Shown: positions 38,215 through 48,812 of the stretch, piece after piece
Layout of the letters: every line of letters starts with the position of its first letter
How positions within the stretch are numbered: the first letter of the stretch is position 1
NCBI GenBank assembly: GCA_025336685.1
Contig: GCA_025336685.1_4717.1
Reading direction: 5' to 3' (one strand)
Origin: Escherichia coli
GTDB lineage: Bacteria; Pseudomonadota; Gammaproteobacteria; Enterobacterales; Enterobacteriaceae
Length of the DNA: 64,000 nt
The notes under the pieces: model-generated
Told to the model about the DNA's origin: nothing
Databases searched by the model: none
What the model saw: only the letters and a program-made list of their open reading frames with translations
Position numbers and translations under genes: made by a program

Positions 38215-39117
38215 TTAGAAATTATTGCCGAACCGGTTATGGTTGTATGGTTGGTAGTGTCCGTAATTGCCTGGGAAGCCACCATACGTCGTAGGCTCCG
38301 GTTTAGGGACTTCCATAATCGGATTTTTAGAATTGATCGCCATCACGTAAAGGGTTACGGGTGATGCTGCGTGGCCCATTTCGACGACCACACGGCGGAT
38401 ATAATCAATGTATGCTGTTATTGCAGGCGTCAGTTTGTCTCCTTCGGTAGTTATAACGGTGCCGTCGGAAAGAATCTCACGAACCGCGCACCATTTACCA
38501 AGATGAACTCCTTGCTGCGGCTTTACTCCAGCAGAGATAGAGAGATAGGTATCGTACGTCGTTTGATGATACGGATGACTATAAATAGATTCCGCTTTGT
38601 TTTCGTCTTTCCCTAAGTACTCGCCTTGCTTAGGAGTATGAGTTGATATCATATCGGTATTTTCCACGAATGTCTTTCCTTCGAGTTGTTTGATTAATCG
38701 TTTAACCGATTCAGTTATGTTGTTGTGTCTAGGGATCAGCTTTAAGTAAACAGTCGGTAACTGGATTGTTGACCCATCACTACTGCGCGGATAAGATAAT
38801 TTGTAAAACTGTTCAAAAATCCGCCGTAACGCTTCGTTGTCTGAAGTTGCCAATTTAACATAGGAGCATCGTCCTTTAGCATTGGGATTGTAGAGAAGGA
38901 GAATAACGTCTTCGTCAGTACGTGTATCCTGAGGATGACAAGCGATGTAGTGAATGGGAATAGCCGTATCTTTTTCGTCTCCCGGTTTGATAGACAATGA
39001 AAAATCATGAGTTTCTTTTAACGTTCGTAACGTGCAGGATGCGTCGTCACTATTAAGTAAGAACACACCGAAACGCACGCTTTCGTATGCTGACGGGTCG
39101 CGTATTAATAAGGTCAT
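38215..39117 (-). CDS. hypothetical protein, paralogue family C
   Basis: ORF track 38215..39195 (TTG); ATG at M27 has AAGGAG RBS; shares HxTTYDxYL(S/T)I(S/T)(A/G)GV...G(K/E)W..(V/I)REI..DG block with 39203..39976. Confidence 0.65.
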   Translation of the reverse strand: MTLLIRDPSAYESVRFGVFLLNSDDASCTLRTLKETHDFSLSIKPGDEKDTAIPIHYIACHPQDTRTDEDVILLLYNPNAKGRCSYVKLATSDNEALRRIFEQFYKLSYPRSSDGSTIQLPTVYLKLIPRHNNITESVKRLIKQLEGKTFVENTDMISTHTPKQGEYLGKDENKAESIYSHPYHQTTYDTYLSISAGVKPQQGVHLGKWCAVREILSDGTVITTEGDKLTPAITAYIDYIRRVVVEMGHAASPVTLYVMAINSKNPIMEVPKPEPTTYGGFPGNYGHYQPYNHNRFGNNF

Positions 39118-39202
39118 GTTCGGCTCCTTGATTACGATAAGGATGATTGCGGTTTTGTGGTGCTGGTAGGGCCCTAAACAAAGGAACCCTACCAATATTA
39201 GG

Positions 39203-39976
39203 TTATTCAGGATCGGCGTAGAAATGGTGAGGATAGCCGGAGTACGATCCTGCGTTACCGGCTATGGATTCTTTCTGGGAATCGACGACGAGCGCATAGA
39301 ACTGTCGGGAATTTGTTAGCGTTGAGAAATAAGCGGAAAGGACTTTTTCATTCAACGCATCGCAAGGTAGACAGGTGCGACCGCAAAACGTAACGATACG
39401 GCCGTCAGGATAGATCTCACGAATCATTCTCCACTCACCGATATCCACTGGTGATGGTGCTGCTACACCACCTGTTATCGTTAAGTAACGATCGTACGTG
39501 GTATGGCATTCAGGATGAATATAGATCGGCTTGTTCGTTTCGACAGGTTCCGAAGTGTCTCGACGACTAAGGAGTTCAACGACTTCAAGATAAATCGTTG
39601 GTAGATCGCGGAGAATACCGGTGTTACGACGTTTCTTTGTGATTCGCGGACGAATCTCGTTAAGAGCGTATTCGAGCTTACGTTCAGCTTCGTACGCATC
39701 GAGTTTTATTAGGTGGCCCGGTTCATCGGAATGATCCTGAGTTATGTAAACGAAATACGTGTTGTCTTTTGCAGCGCGAAAGATTCGAGCGACCTTAAAT
39801 GTTTCTACAGTGCGATAACCAAGGCGCGATTGATTTTCCACAGGAGAAAATATCCAATGTCGTCCTTCGTCCGCCCCAACAATTTCGTTGAAACTATCCG
39901 TTTGTTCTGGGACCTGGTAGTCAGCCATTAATGTATCAAGAGCGTCATCGGCCAGTTTGGTGTAAATATCTGTCAT
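39203..39976 (-). CDS. hypothetical protein, paralogue family C
   Basis: 257 aa, ATG with GAGGA RBS. Confidence 0.65.
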   Translation of the reverse strand: MTDIYTKLADDALDTLMADYQVPEQTDSFNEIVGADEGRHWIFSPVENQSRLGYRTVETFKVARIFRAAKDNTYFVYITQDHSDEPGHLIKLDAYEAERKLEYALNEIRPRITKKRRNTGILRDLPTIYLEVVELLSRRDTSEPVETNKPIYIHPECHTTYDRYLTITGGVAAPSPVDIGEWRMIREIYPDGRIVTFCGRTCLPCDALNEKVLSAYFSTLTNSRQFYALVVDSQKESIAGNAGSYSGYPHHFYADPE

Positions 39977-40090
39977 GTTTGTATCCTCGGTTGTTAAGAG
40001 AAATTTACAATGATAACAGTAACCGTTGCTATCACCTAGGTAATATAGTCGCGAAATAAACTGGAGTAATACGCTTAAGACAGTATAGAA

Positions 40091-40122
40091 CCCTCTCCCT
40101 TCCCTTACGGGTTGGGAGAGGG
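40091..40122 (-). terminator. conserved hairpin element, copy
   Basis: CCCTCTCCC-TT-CCC-TTAC-GGG-TT-GGGAGAGGG immediately 3' of minus gene 40127..41494 (GUAA loop in the minus-strand RNA). Confidence 0.6.
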
Positions 40123-40126
40123 AATA

Positions 40127-41494
40127 TTAAACGGTTGGGCGAACGGTATTGTCTTTTTCTGGTGCGATCCATAACGTGACCGTACCATGACATGTCCATT
40201 GTGGTTCACGTACAGAAGAACCTGCCATCGTCACAGCGCAATCGGTACGCATAATGACCCCGTATGCTTCGCAGAGATTGTTATCCTGCATCCACACAAC
40301 TTTAGCAGGCATGCCGGGATACAACAAGTCCATGTTTGCGTATTCCCACACCAACTGCATCGTTCTACCACGTAATCCGGCAGTATTGCTTAATTCACGC
40401 CATCGGTTATCGGTTACGCGTCCCATCCCTTTCGCCACCTTCACGTTATCGCTACGCTCTTCAGTTACGTACTCGCTAACGTTTACAGTACGGCTGATTA
40501 TTGTATCGCCCCCTTTTGATAATGTCATCCCCTGACTCATCTGACTTGCCGAAACAAAACGCCCACCCGCATTACCTAACAACGAAGCCGCGTTATTGAC
40601 GTCGCTTACCGACGCCCCTCTCGTACATGCAATTTCCACGTATTTGTCACGATTGATCCAGGTCTTGTCCATGCCTGGAAACATATCGGCAGGATAGTTG
40701 TAAAAGATCGCCGTGCGTCGACCGTCAGAGAAACGGGTTTCGTCGTAGAGAGGATAAATATACAGATACGGGGATTGATAATAACAACCGACATCTGCTG
40801 AATAAATACCGACCTGGTTCTGGATTTTATCTACAAGATCCATTGCGTTGGTACCGTGCGGAAGAATAAGCAACTTGAATGGGTTGTCGTTATTCGGTGC
40901 AACAATATCCACACCCTGCATTTTGAATCCGGTGTCAGCTTCAACCGCAGAAAGTATCTTGCTGAATTCAAGGCGCAACACATCCAGCACTTTCGATCCG
41001 GTATAGTTCTCACCGGTTTCCGATTGCATGAAGCTTTCAAGAACAGGATCGAACAGTTGAAATTGAAGGTCGACCATTTGTTCGTAGTCTTTCTTCGAAG
41101 AATCGGTTGCGGTACGTTCGTCGGTAGCAGACATACGACTGTCTACGGTTGTTAAACAGACCGCCCGGTAGACATAAGCCTGTGCGGCATCGTCTACGGT
41201 TTGGCGTTGTCCGCGCATCAGGCTGTACGCCTGCACGATGATGCGCATTTTAAGTTGTTGTTGGTACGGTAGAATGTATTTTCCGTAACTGCCTGGTGGG
41301 AACTTTACAGAGATATAAAGTTCATCCCCTGCGTTACGTTCATAGTCTCGATACGTGTGGACTTGAGTCACTAAAGGAACAGACACCGTCATTGACGGCG
41401 TGATTAGTTCCGCGGTGACTTTATACGCAACAGCAACAGCTTCCTGCGCAAACGTACCGATATACCGTCCTAACGGCGTCTGTTTGTAATCCAT
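40127..41494 (-). CDS. hypothetical protein (455 aa)
   Basis: ATG with GGGGT RBS. Confidence 0.7.
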   Translation of the reverse strand: MDYKQTPLGRYIGTFAQEAVAVAYKVTAELITPSMTVSVPLVTQVHTYRDYERNAGDELYISVKFPPGSYGKYILPYQQQLKMRIIVQAYSLMRGQRQTVDDAAQAYVYRAVCLTTVDSRMSATDERTATDSSKKDYEQMVDLQFQLFDPVLESFMQSETGENYTGSKVLDVLRLEFSKILSAVEADTGFKMQGVDIVAPNNDNPFKLLILPHGTNAMDLVDKIQNQVGIYSADVGCYYQSPYLYIYPLYDETRFSDGRRTAIFYNYPADMFPGMDKTWINRDKYVEIACTRGASVSDVNNAASLLGNAGGRFVSASQMSQGMTLSKGGDTIISRTVNVSEYVTEERSDNVKVAKGMGRVTDNRWRELSNTAGLRGRTMQLVWEYANMDLLYPGMPAKVVWMQDNNLCEAYGVIMRTDCAVTMAGSSVREPQWTCHGTVTLWIAPEKDNTVRPTV

Positions 41495-41496
41495 GT

Positions 41497-42102
41497 TTAA
41501 CGACCCCGTTGCTGTTGTTGAATGATGAATTCTTCGATCTTCGTGCCACGGAATTCGCTGTGACGAACTGCTTGCAGCTGTTCTTCAACGGTTGGACCAG
41601 CGTGGAGACCACCACGACGTGCGCGATTGATGCCAATACGACGACGTTGACCGATTTCACGCAAACGTGAAGATAATCCGCTCATTTCGGTTGGGTCTTT
41701 AATACGACCGCGTGCAACGTTCCACAGACCACCCATGAACTCTTCGAGAATACGGCTGGCTTCGAGAGACGGTACGCGTGCGTTAGGGTCGTTTTCGAGA
41801 TTGTATTTAACGTATTCCGTGTGTTCCAGAAGTAACATGAACATCTTCATGGCGTTCACGTCGGGATTTGCAATACGCATAGGGACACCACGAGAATGTT
41901 TTTCAGCAGCCTGCGGTACCGTGAGTTGTGCGGGCACCTCTTCGTTCATGGTCATATCGTCGATTTCTGCAACCCCTGAAGAGTAGACACCGCTGACCTC
42001 ATTGGTGTAGTTATCCACCATGAATTTACGGGGAATCCAGAATTCGAATTTACGTTCAAATAGACGTTTGGTTGGAGTATCTTTAACGTGTTGTAGACTC
42101 AT
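41497..42102 (-). CDS. hypothetical protein (201 aa)
   Basis: ATG with AGGAG RBS; start overlaps the stop of 42099..43415. Confidence 0.65.
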   Translation of the reverse strand: MSLQHVKDTPTKRLFERKFEFWIPRKFMVDNYTNEVSGVYSSGVAEIDDMTMNEEVPAQLTVPQAAEKHSRGVPMRIANPDVNAMKMFMLLLEHTEYVKYNLENDPNARVPSLEASRILEEFMGGLWNVARGRIKDPTEMSGLSSRLREIGQRRRIGINRARRGGLHAGPTVEEQLQAVRHSEFRGTKIEEFIIQQQQRGR

Positions 42103-43415
42103 GGTTCAATAGCTCCTGCTCGTAACAGCATAATAACGAACGGTGTGAAATAATAACGATCTAGCGGAGAAAGCAACGGTAACGCGTCAACCATCTGTTT
42201 CAATGCTGGATGACTGATCGCTTTCTCGTCGACCATATCACGCACCATACTCTCAATGATTGTCATTGGGGCTTGGTTGCGATAGAAAGCCTCTGTGAAA
42301 ACGTAGTACGGATCGTCTGCTACCGATGGAAATAGCGGAACGTCATCGTATTCCATCGATGTATGATTGGTCACCAACGGGTTCGTCGGTGGTGTGTTTT
42401 CAGGCACAGCCAACTCTTTACCTACGTCTTCACCGAGCGATGTGGCCGCAGGCCACATACAGAATCGCGCCCCGCTAAAACGAATCCCACCTGCAGCCGG
42501 GTACTGATAGAAACGCTTTGTTGACAACAGTGTGAATTTCACCGTCAGTCGCGCCTCGTCTTCCCGACGTCCGTCCATGACCCATTCAAAGACAGAAATC
42601 GCATTCGCTTCCTGGCTATCATCTACATTAAGACGTCCGAAGTTCCATGAGGGCTTTCCTTCAAGCGACGACCATAATTTCGTAAACGCGTTAACACACC
42701 AGGGATCGTAGGTTGCAGCATCCTGACCAGGAACAAGCAGTGTGTTTAATTCACGGCTGTAAAATTCGTGGTAATACGCATGACAAAGTCCCAGCGCACG
42801 ACGGAGATAATCATACTTGCGATTGTATTTCTCCGTTGCCATTACGGGGTGTTTTCCGTGCTTTAACTGGTCTTGGTCGTATAGTGTATCCTCAACGATT
42901 TTCGCTTCCAGTTCGATAAGCTGTTTTTCGTCAAGAATACGCTGGAAGGAAATGTCGCATTCGTAAGCCGGTGCTAAGCTGATGTTCTTCGGCGTGATTC
43001 TGGTGATAGTGTACACTGCGATACGATGATCGAGACCGGAGATTAACAGCATGTTACCTAAAAGCGGAACGGATACTGCCGGAAGTATACACGTACCCTC
43101 GGATTGAAAACGTGCGGTGCCGCTGTCGTACGAGGGTGTCAATGACGACATTAACTTGATAGGGTAATGTCTGATACGACGATACTGTTGTTCGGCAATA
43201 TCACGGTTAGCTTGAAAACTACTTTGTTCATCATCACGACCGAGAATCTGTTCGTAATAATCACATTCTACGGAATAACCGGATGCGTAATTCACCAGTC
43301 CGATTTGACTATTATATTGCTCATCCACCACCGCAGAACGATAAACATCGTCGCGAGCCTTCGCGGGCTGTTGGGGGTTGATGATGGGTTTCGCGGGCTT
43401 CTTAGCGAGCGCCAT
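42099..43415 (-). CDS. hypothetical protein (438 aa)
   Basis: ATG with AGGAGTG RBS. Confidence 0.7.
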   Translation of the reverse strand: MALAKKPAKPIINPQQPAKARDDVYRSAVVDEQYNSQIGLVNYASGYSVECDYYEQILGRDDEQSSFQANRDIAEQQYRRIRHYPIKLMSSLTPSYDSGTARFQSEGTCILPAVSVPLLGNMLLISGLDHRIAVYTITRITPKNISLAPAYECDISFQRILDEKQLIELEAKIVEDTLYDQDQLKHGKHPVMATEKYNRKYDYLRRALGLCHAYYHEFYSRELNTLLVPGQDAATYDPWCVNAFTKLWSSLEGKPSWNFGRLNVDDSQEANAISVFEWVMDGRREDEARLTVKFTLLSTKRFYQYPAAGGIRFSGARFCMWPAATSLGEDVGKELAVPENTPPTNPLVTNHTSMEYDDVPLFPSVADDPYYVFTEAFYRNQAPMTIIESMVRDMVDEKAISHPALKQMVDALPLLSPLDRYYFTPFVIMLLRAGAIEP

Positions 43416-44967
43416 AGCGTTTCACTCCTACGATGGTACCGACAAGAATTCTCGGTACGAATAAACTACGATGTTTGAACCATGAAGCGGTTGTTGGGAT
43501 ACGTTTGATGGCTTCGATAAGCCCGATTAGCGTATAACATCCCCGGCTGTTCTTCTTAGGCCAGTACTTTTTATCTAAACCTAATACTGCAAACAGTTCA
43601 TCCACCAGATTGGGATAACAACACAACGCTTCAAGCGTCTCAACCTGTAACTGACTTAAATCTAACAGTATCGCCAGACGAACGTGGTAATCACTCCGTA
43701 AGTCTAACGGATCTTTCGCTTCAAGATCACCAACATCGGTTAATGTCCATGCGTCTCTTGCGTAGCGGTATTTACCCTTCCAAACCTCAAGGAAAAAAGG
43801 AGATTGGTAATGACATTTTGACCATTCTGGGTACTCGCGGAACCACCGAACAAGATCGGGATGGAATTCACCTTCTTCAGCTAACGCGTCCAACGTCACC
43901 AACAGGTTAGGTTGTTCAGGATCGATAGCGAGCAGCGCGGTGAAAAGCGTGCTTGATGGAAGCTCGGTCTCCACGCTCGATGGAGGCAGCCATTCATCCA
44001 AATCGGGATACCGATACGCTTGAATCGATGCACCCTGTTCCGGCAAGAACGAATCACGAAGAATGTCCTGATACTGCACCACCATACCACCACGACGTGC
44101 ACGGGATTTATCGCGCACCGAGAGGCTCGGTTTGTAAAGGTACTCTTCGGGGAGTATCTGCTGGTGTACTTGAACCGGATACCGCGCTACGATGTGTGTT
44201 GGTGTGTCGTACGTGTAACGGTAAGAGAATGTAGCGTTGTACGAAGAACTGTTCTCATTCTTCTCTGGCTTCGGAGCGTCAGTGAAATCAAATTGACCAG
44301 AGATCTCTTCTTGCATTTCCCTGATAACCAATTTAACGCTCTTACCGTCACCTGCGACTGTCGTCATGGTGGTTGCACGGTTGTCGAACCCGTCTCTAAG
44401 GTATTCGCTGAACTTATCCTTGTAACCCGCTATTGCTTCTCGGTGTGTGTGAATAACTTTTAACAACATGAGAAACTGTGTTGGGATCGCATAGCTGTAT
44501 TCGGCGCTAAGAAAGGCGGCAACATGCTGACTTGTGAGCAACCGTTTCATGTCGTACCACCAACGTTCGGCGGTGACCTGATCCTCGAACCGTTTGGTGA
44601 TCTGCATGGTCGCAACCATCGTACTGTAGACAGGTACTAACGATACGCCAAGGTTACGGTCTTCAAATACTGGAAGACTGTTTCGTTTGTAAACGGTATC
44701 GTACATGGACGCCTGTTCTTCAGGAACAACGTTAAGCTCAATTTGGATAAACCCGTCAGCAGGCCCCTTTACATCCTGATCAACAACTTGCGGTGGTTGC
44801 TCGTTCGCAGCACTCATTTTAGCGTGAAGAGCTTCCCCTCGAAAAAGAATGTTCTCCCGATTATAATCCCACCCGCAAAGCTCGCTGATCTGCCGTAACA
44901 CCGCGATTGCAACTGGACGTGTTACCGTCGCGTATACGTCATTGATTTTTCGATCAAGTTTAGGCAT
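43402..44967 (-). CDS. hypothetical protein (about 521 aa)
   Basis: ORF track 43402..44994; ATG at M10 has GAGGA RBS 8 nt upstream. Confidence 0.7.
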   Translation of the reverse strand: MPKLDRKINDVYATVTRPVAIAVLRQISELCGWDYNRENILFRGEALHAKMSAANEQPPQVVDQDVKGPADGFIQIELNVVPEEQASMYDTVYKRNSLPVFEDRNLGVSLVPVYSTMVATMQITKRFEDQVTAERWWYDMKRLLTSQHVAAFLSAEYSYAIPTQFLMLLKVIHTHREAIAGYKDKFSEYLRDGFDNRATTMTTVAGDGKSVKLVIREMQEEISGQFDFTDAPKPEKNENSSSYNATFSYRYTYDTPTHIVARYPVQVHQQILPEEYLYKPSLSVRDKSRARRGGMVVQYQDILRDSFLPEQGASIQAYRYPDLDEWLPPSSVETELPSSTLFTALLAIDPEQPNLLVTLDALAEEGEFHPDLVRWFREYPEWSKCHYQSPFFLEVWKGKYRYARDAWTLTDVGDLEAKDPLDLRSDYHVRLAILLDLSQLQVETLEALCCYPNLVDELFAVLGLDKKYWPKKNSRGCYTLIGLIEAIKRIPTTASWFKHRSLFVPRILVGTIVGVKRYGAR

Positions 44968-45343
44968 CGGTGTCGTCCTCGCTAATTTCACCATATCCTT
45001 GTTGTCGATATCCGGTATAATGAATCAGACTGCTCTGTAGAAGCTCTTTAACGAGCCCTAGACGCGTTTTATCTGCTTCATTGGACGTTTCCATTAATGT
45101 TTCTATTTCGTTGTTTAAAACAGCGTATAGCGCTTCTAACGGCAATCCTTGGATGATTGGTTTGCTGGTGCCTTCTGGCAATGCCGCAACAGGAATCTGC
45201 ACGACGGTTTCACGCGCGGTATGCGGGTTAATACGACAAATGTACATACCTGGTACTGAATGTCGCGGACATACCGCTACCAAGCATGTCTGTTGTTGCG
45301 CACCGTTAAGTGCGAGGGGTAGAAATTTTGCTTCACGTGTCAT
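44960..45343 (-). CDS. hypothetical protein (127 aa)
   Basis: ATG with AGGAA RBS. Confidence 0.55.
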   Translation of the reverse strand: MTREAKFLPLALNGAQQQTCLVAVCPRHSVPGMYICRINPHTARETVVQIPVAALPEGTSKPIIQGLPLEALYAVLNNEIETLMETSNEADKTRLGLVKELLQSSLIHYTGYRQQGYGEISEDDTDA

Positions 45344-45431
45344 CGCAGATTCCTGTTTGAAAGATAAGATATCACATGATGGTCGACAGCATAAAGCCCA
45401 CCCCGAAGGGCGGGCTGTTTATGCGTACGGG

Positions 45432-48400
45432 TTACTTGTAGGCACCACAATGTGCTTTGATGAGGAAAAGCACCGCTTGCATCGGTTTATTGAACTGTTG
45501 CCATAACGTCAATGCCGGATGGAACAACCAATCTTCCAGGCCAAGAACAATACCGTAGTTAACGACATTATTAACATCGTTCTCAACGTTGAGTTCGCTA
45601 TCCAGGAATTTATCGATTGAACGCAGGGCCTGCATGGCGTTGTCGGCAATAAGCCACGCTTCATGCGCTTCACGAGCCGCACGCAGCAATGCTTCCAGTT
45701 CGCCGGTGCTGGCTACCGGTAACTCCTCACTGGTGAGGTCGTCAGAAACCGTAAACTGACGGTTGATACCAGTGTAGATCCACTGCATCAGTTTCGCTGC
45801 TTCCTCGTTCGGGTTGTTACGCGTTGTCGCATAGGTCGCGCTCATTTTCACGATATGCGTTTCACCAAGATACGCTTTGGACCCAACGCCTTTACGATCG
45901 CTGTCTTTCCACGGTTGTACGGTAGCGACCATGAGCTTATCCCATTTCTGAATAGGAATACGCTTCAGACCAACAACCGATCCGGCGGATGTTTCGGACT
46001 GGTTGCTCTTCCGCACTTCGCTGAGCTCACGATCGATAGCAACGATTAATTCACGCGTCATGTTACCAAGCATTTTGATTTCACCCAACGCAGCGATGAG
46101 CTTCTTCACATCGGTAATAGGTTCACCACCGATGGTAAGATGACGGATGAAACGTTTCAGAATAATCCGTTCTGCTGCTGGGTTACCACGACGCGCTTTA
46201 GCCAACGCTTGCTGTGTTTCGGCGAACAGCTTATCCCATGGAGCCGTAGCGGCGGTATAGTAACGGTGGTTGGTTTCAATCCAGTTACCGATACGGTTGA
46301 CCGCACTCTTAACGGTATCCATGAACCCTTCCATCGCAATTTCGGTGGCTTCGACGTTACCCTGGAAGTTATCAGGACCGATCTCGCGTGCCGCTACCAG
46401 AATACCTTCCACTGCACTCACCGCGTGACGACCGATAGCCAGATTTCGCTGCGCTTCTTCAGCACGCTCAACGAATTCCACTACCGCAGGATCGTCAACG
46501 ATTTCCGCCTCGGCAACAACACGTGTACCTGCATCGCCTTCCAGTGTCTCGATAGTGACAACCGGATCGTTTTCACCAGCAACATCCTGGTACTCTTCCT
46601 GTTTGAGTTCGCCGTTATCGGCCGCTGCGACAGCGGTGAGTATACGGACGGTAACATCACCGAGTTCTTTCGCAGCGAATCCGTAGACGGTACATGCTGT
46701 TGTCGCAAAGTTCATCAGTGTGCGTGTGCGTTTAACGATGTAGCCAACGCCGTAGTCACTACCGTTCTTATCGATGTCGCGGATTAACCGTTCAGCTGTC
46801 TCCTGAAGTTGTGTAGCTGCTTTCAGAAGGTCTTCGTCAAACAGTTTCGTTGACGCATCGATCAGCATATCGACGCTAACGTTAGACGGTACGGCATCAT
46901 CCTGCTGTTTCATGGCGCTAAGTTCATCACGGAACTTACGAATACCGTCTAAAGCGGCGTCGGCGCTATGTCCGAACGCGGCCACGCCAGACATTGTTGT
47001 TGCTGTCAGCATGTCCGTATCAGCGTTTGGACTTTCGCCTTCTTTAAGATCCTTCAGCTGGTCGAAGAACTTACGGGATGCTTCAGCGATACGTTTGCTG
47101 TCTTTTACCGCGTTTACGATTTTATCAACCGATTTAGCGTCGTTCGCAAGCAGCGTGTCGAGTTTGTTCCATTCGATGTCGACTTTCTTTTCATCCGAAG
47201 TATTACTCGGTGGAGGAAGCAGTTTCATCACTGGTGCTGTGCGTTGTTCTTTGGTGAGCTTACCAGCCTTCTCTTCGATTTTCTTTTTATTAACACCGAA
47301 AAGTTTTCTTAGGCGTGCCACGATTGCTTTTAAGAACTTCACAACCGCTTCGTAAACCGATTTCAGAATCTGTTTAAAGCGACCTGGCTGCTTTTCCCCG
47401 TCTTCCAGATTGAGATCGCTATTTAGTGCGATATCAAGCTGTTTGTACGATTCCATGATGTATTCGTCTTTGATTTCAGGACGAATCTCGAAGCTTTCCA
47501 TCGGACCCTCAGCCGGACGGAATTCCATTTTCAGTTCGCCTTGCAGAGTAGGGTCGACAATGGCGATAGCTTCACCCTGACCATCAGCGTTAAAGCGCTC
47601 AGCGTAACGAGTACGACGAACAATAACACTCTTATCCCCATCAAGACGACGTACCACCATGGTGCCAGGAATGTACGGTTGTTCTGTTTCAATGACGGTT
47701 ACATCTGTTTCACCTTCACCGAGAATAACAGAAGTGCGCTGTTCAACAACAGGAACATCTAATACACCGCGGGCTTCCAGCTCTTGATGAATTTCGAACG
47801 ACTCTTGTTTCAGATCTTCATCTTCTTCGTTTTCGTCGTCTTCATCGTCACCTTTGGTGGTTTTGGTGTCGGTAGCATCAGCATCCGTGTCTGCGTTGGT
47901 AGCTTCTTCGGACGCAGGTTCGGTGGTGCCGTCCTCGGTAGGCGTTTCATCAGCGTTATCGACGTCAACATCACCTTGCAGTTCTGTTTCCTGAGCAACT
48001 GCTTCGGCTTTCTGCTCACCGGTGTTACCGTCATTAGCGTCGACAGCAGGTTGTTCGTCAGCGACGGTATCTTCAACCTTTTCTACTTTCTCCACGACAC
48101 GTTTAATCACGGTGACTTTGATGGGTTCTTCCGTTGTTTTGGTTTCTGGTGTTGCGTCGGCTACCGCAGGTGCTGTTTCAACAACAGGTTCTGCTTTTTC
48201 CGGTTCGACGACACTACCTTTAACACCTTCGGTGGTTTCTGCAGGTTGCGCTGCCTGTTCGATTTGTGCCGGATTGGTCGGATCGATGGCATTAGCCGCA
48301 TCCTGAATCTTGTTCTTCAGGTTGTCACGGTCAGCGCTAACGGTCGGGTCATTGGTCACTTTCGGTGCCGGTGTTTCGGTCGGCGCGTTTGCCGGATACG

Positions 48401-48797
48401 GGTTCTTCGGCTCTTCACCAGGTGCGGTTGGTACCGCGATCAGAACGAACGGTTGAACATCGTTACCGTCTTCCATGGTCACGCCACCGTTGCTCGGCGT
48501 GAAACGGATTCGCAAGCTACCATCAATAGGACGGGTAACAATAACAGCACGTACGACATCCTCACCGTTTTCATCCGTGCTACGAATCACACGAACGGCG
48601 TCATCAACAGTAGCCCCTTCCTCGAGCGTATCTGATTCGATCGTCGCTTCGATGCTGTCTGGTCGTGCCGCTGTAGGTAATGCGATCACTTGCTCTTCTT
48701 TATCGGTAGAAAGCGTTGCTTTGACTTCGATAGGTGTATCGCCGCTTTCCAGGTTAAGATGCGACTTACGCATCAGATCAGCTAACGATTTTTTCAT
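45432..48797 (-). CDS. very large virion-type protein with acidic T/P/E/A-rich low-complexity N-terminal third
   Basis: 1121 aa, ATG with AGAGGA RBS; residues about 120-330 low complexity (PTETPAPKVTNDPTV..., ...GDDEDDENEEDEDL...). Confidence 0.8.
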   Translation of the reverse strand: MKKSLADLMRKSHLNLESGDTPIEVKATLSTDKEEQVIALPTAARPDSIEATIESDTLEEGATVDDAVRVIRSTDENGEDVVRAVIVTRPIDGSLRIRFTPSNGGVTMEDGNDVQPFVLIAVPTAPGEEPKNPYPANAPTETPAPKVTNDPTVSADRDNLKNKIQDAANAIDPTNPAQIEQAAQPAETTEGVKGSVVEPEKAEPVVETAPAVADATPETKTTEEPIKVTVIKRVVEKVEKVEDTVADEQPAVDANDGNTGEQKAEAVAQETELQGDVDVDNADETPTEDGTTEPASEEATNADTDADATDTKTTKGDDEDDENEEDEDLKQESFEIHQELEARGVLDVPVVEQRTSVILGEGETDVTVIETEQPYIPGTMVVRRLDGDKSVIVRRTRYAERFNADGQGEAIAIVDPTLQGELKMEFRPAEGPMESFEIRPEIKDEYIMESYKQLDIALNSDLNLEDGEKQPGRFKQILKSVYEAVVKFLKAIVARLRKLFGVNKKKIEEKAGKLTKEQRTAPVMKLLPPPSNTSDEKKVDIEWNKLDTLLANDAKSVDKIVNAVKDSKRIAEASRKFFDQLKDLKEGESPNADTDMLTATTMSGVAAFGHSADAALDGIRKFRDELSAMKQQDDAVPSNVSVDMLIDASTKLFDEDLLKAATQLQETAERLIRDIDKNGSDYGVGYIVKRTRTLMNFATTACTVYGFAAKELGDVTVRILTAVAAADNGELKQEEYQDVAGENDPVVTIETLEGDAGTRVVAEAEIVDDPAVVEFVERAEEAQRNLAIGRHAVSAVEGILVAAREIGPDNFQGNVEATEIAMEGFMDTVKSAVNRIGNWIETNHRYYTAATAPWDKLFAETQQALAKARRGNPAAERIILKRFIRHLTIGGEPITDVKKLIAALGEIKMLGNMTRELIVAIDRELSEVRKSNQSETSAGSVVGLKRIPIQKWDKLMVATVQPWKDSDRKGVGSKAYLGETHIVKMSATYATTRNNPNEEAAKLMQWIYTGINRQFTVSDDLTSEELPVASTGELEALLRAAREAHEAWLIADNAMQALRSIDKFLDSELNVENDVNNVVNYGIVLGLEDWLFHPALTLWQQFNKPMQAVLFLIKAHCGAYK

Positions 48798-48812
48798 AAA
48801 GCGTTATTCCTC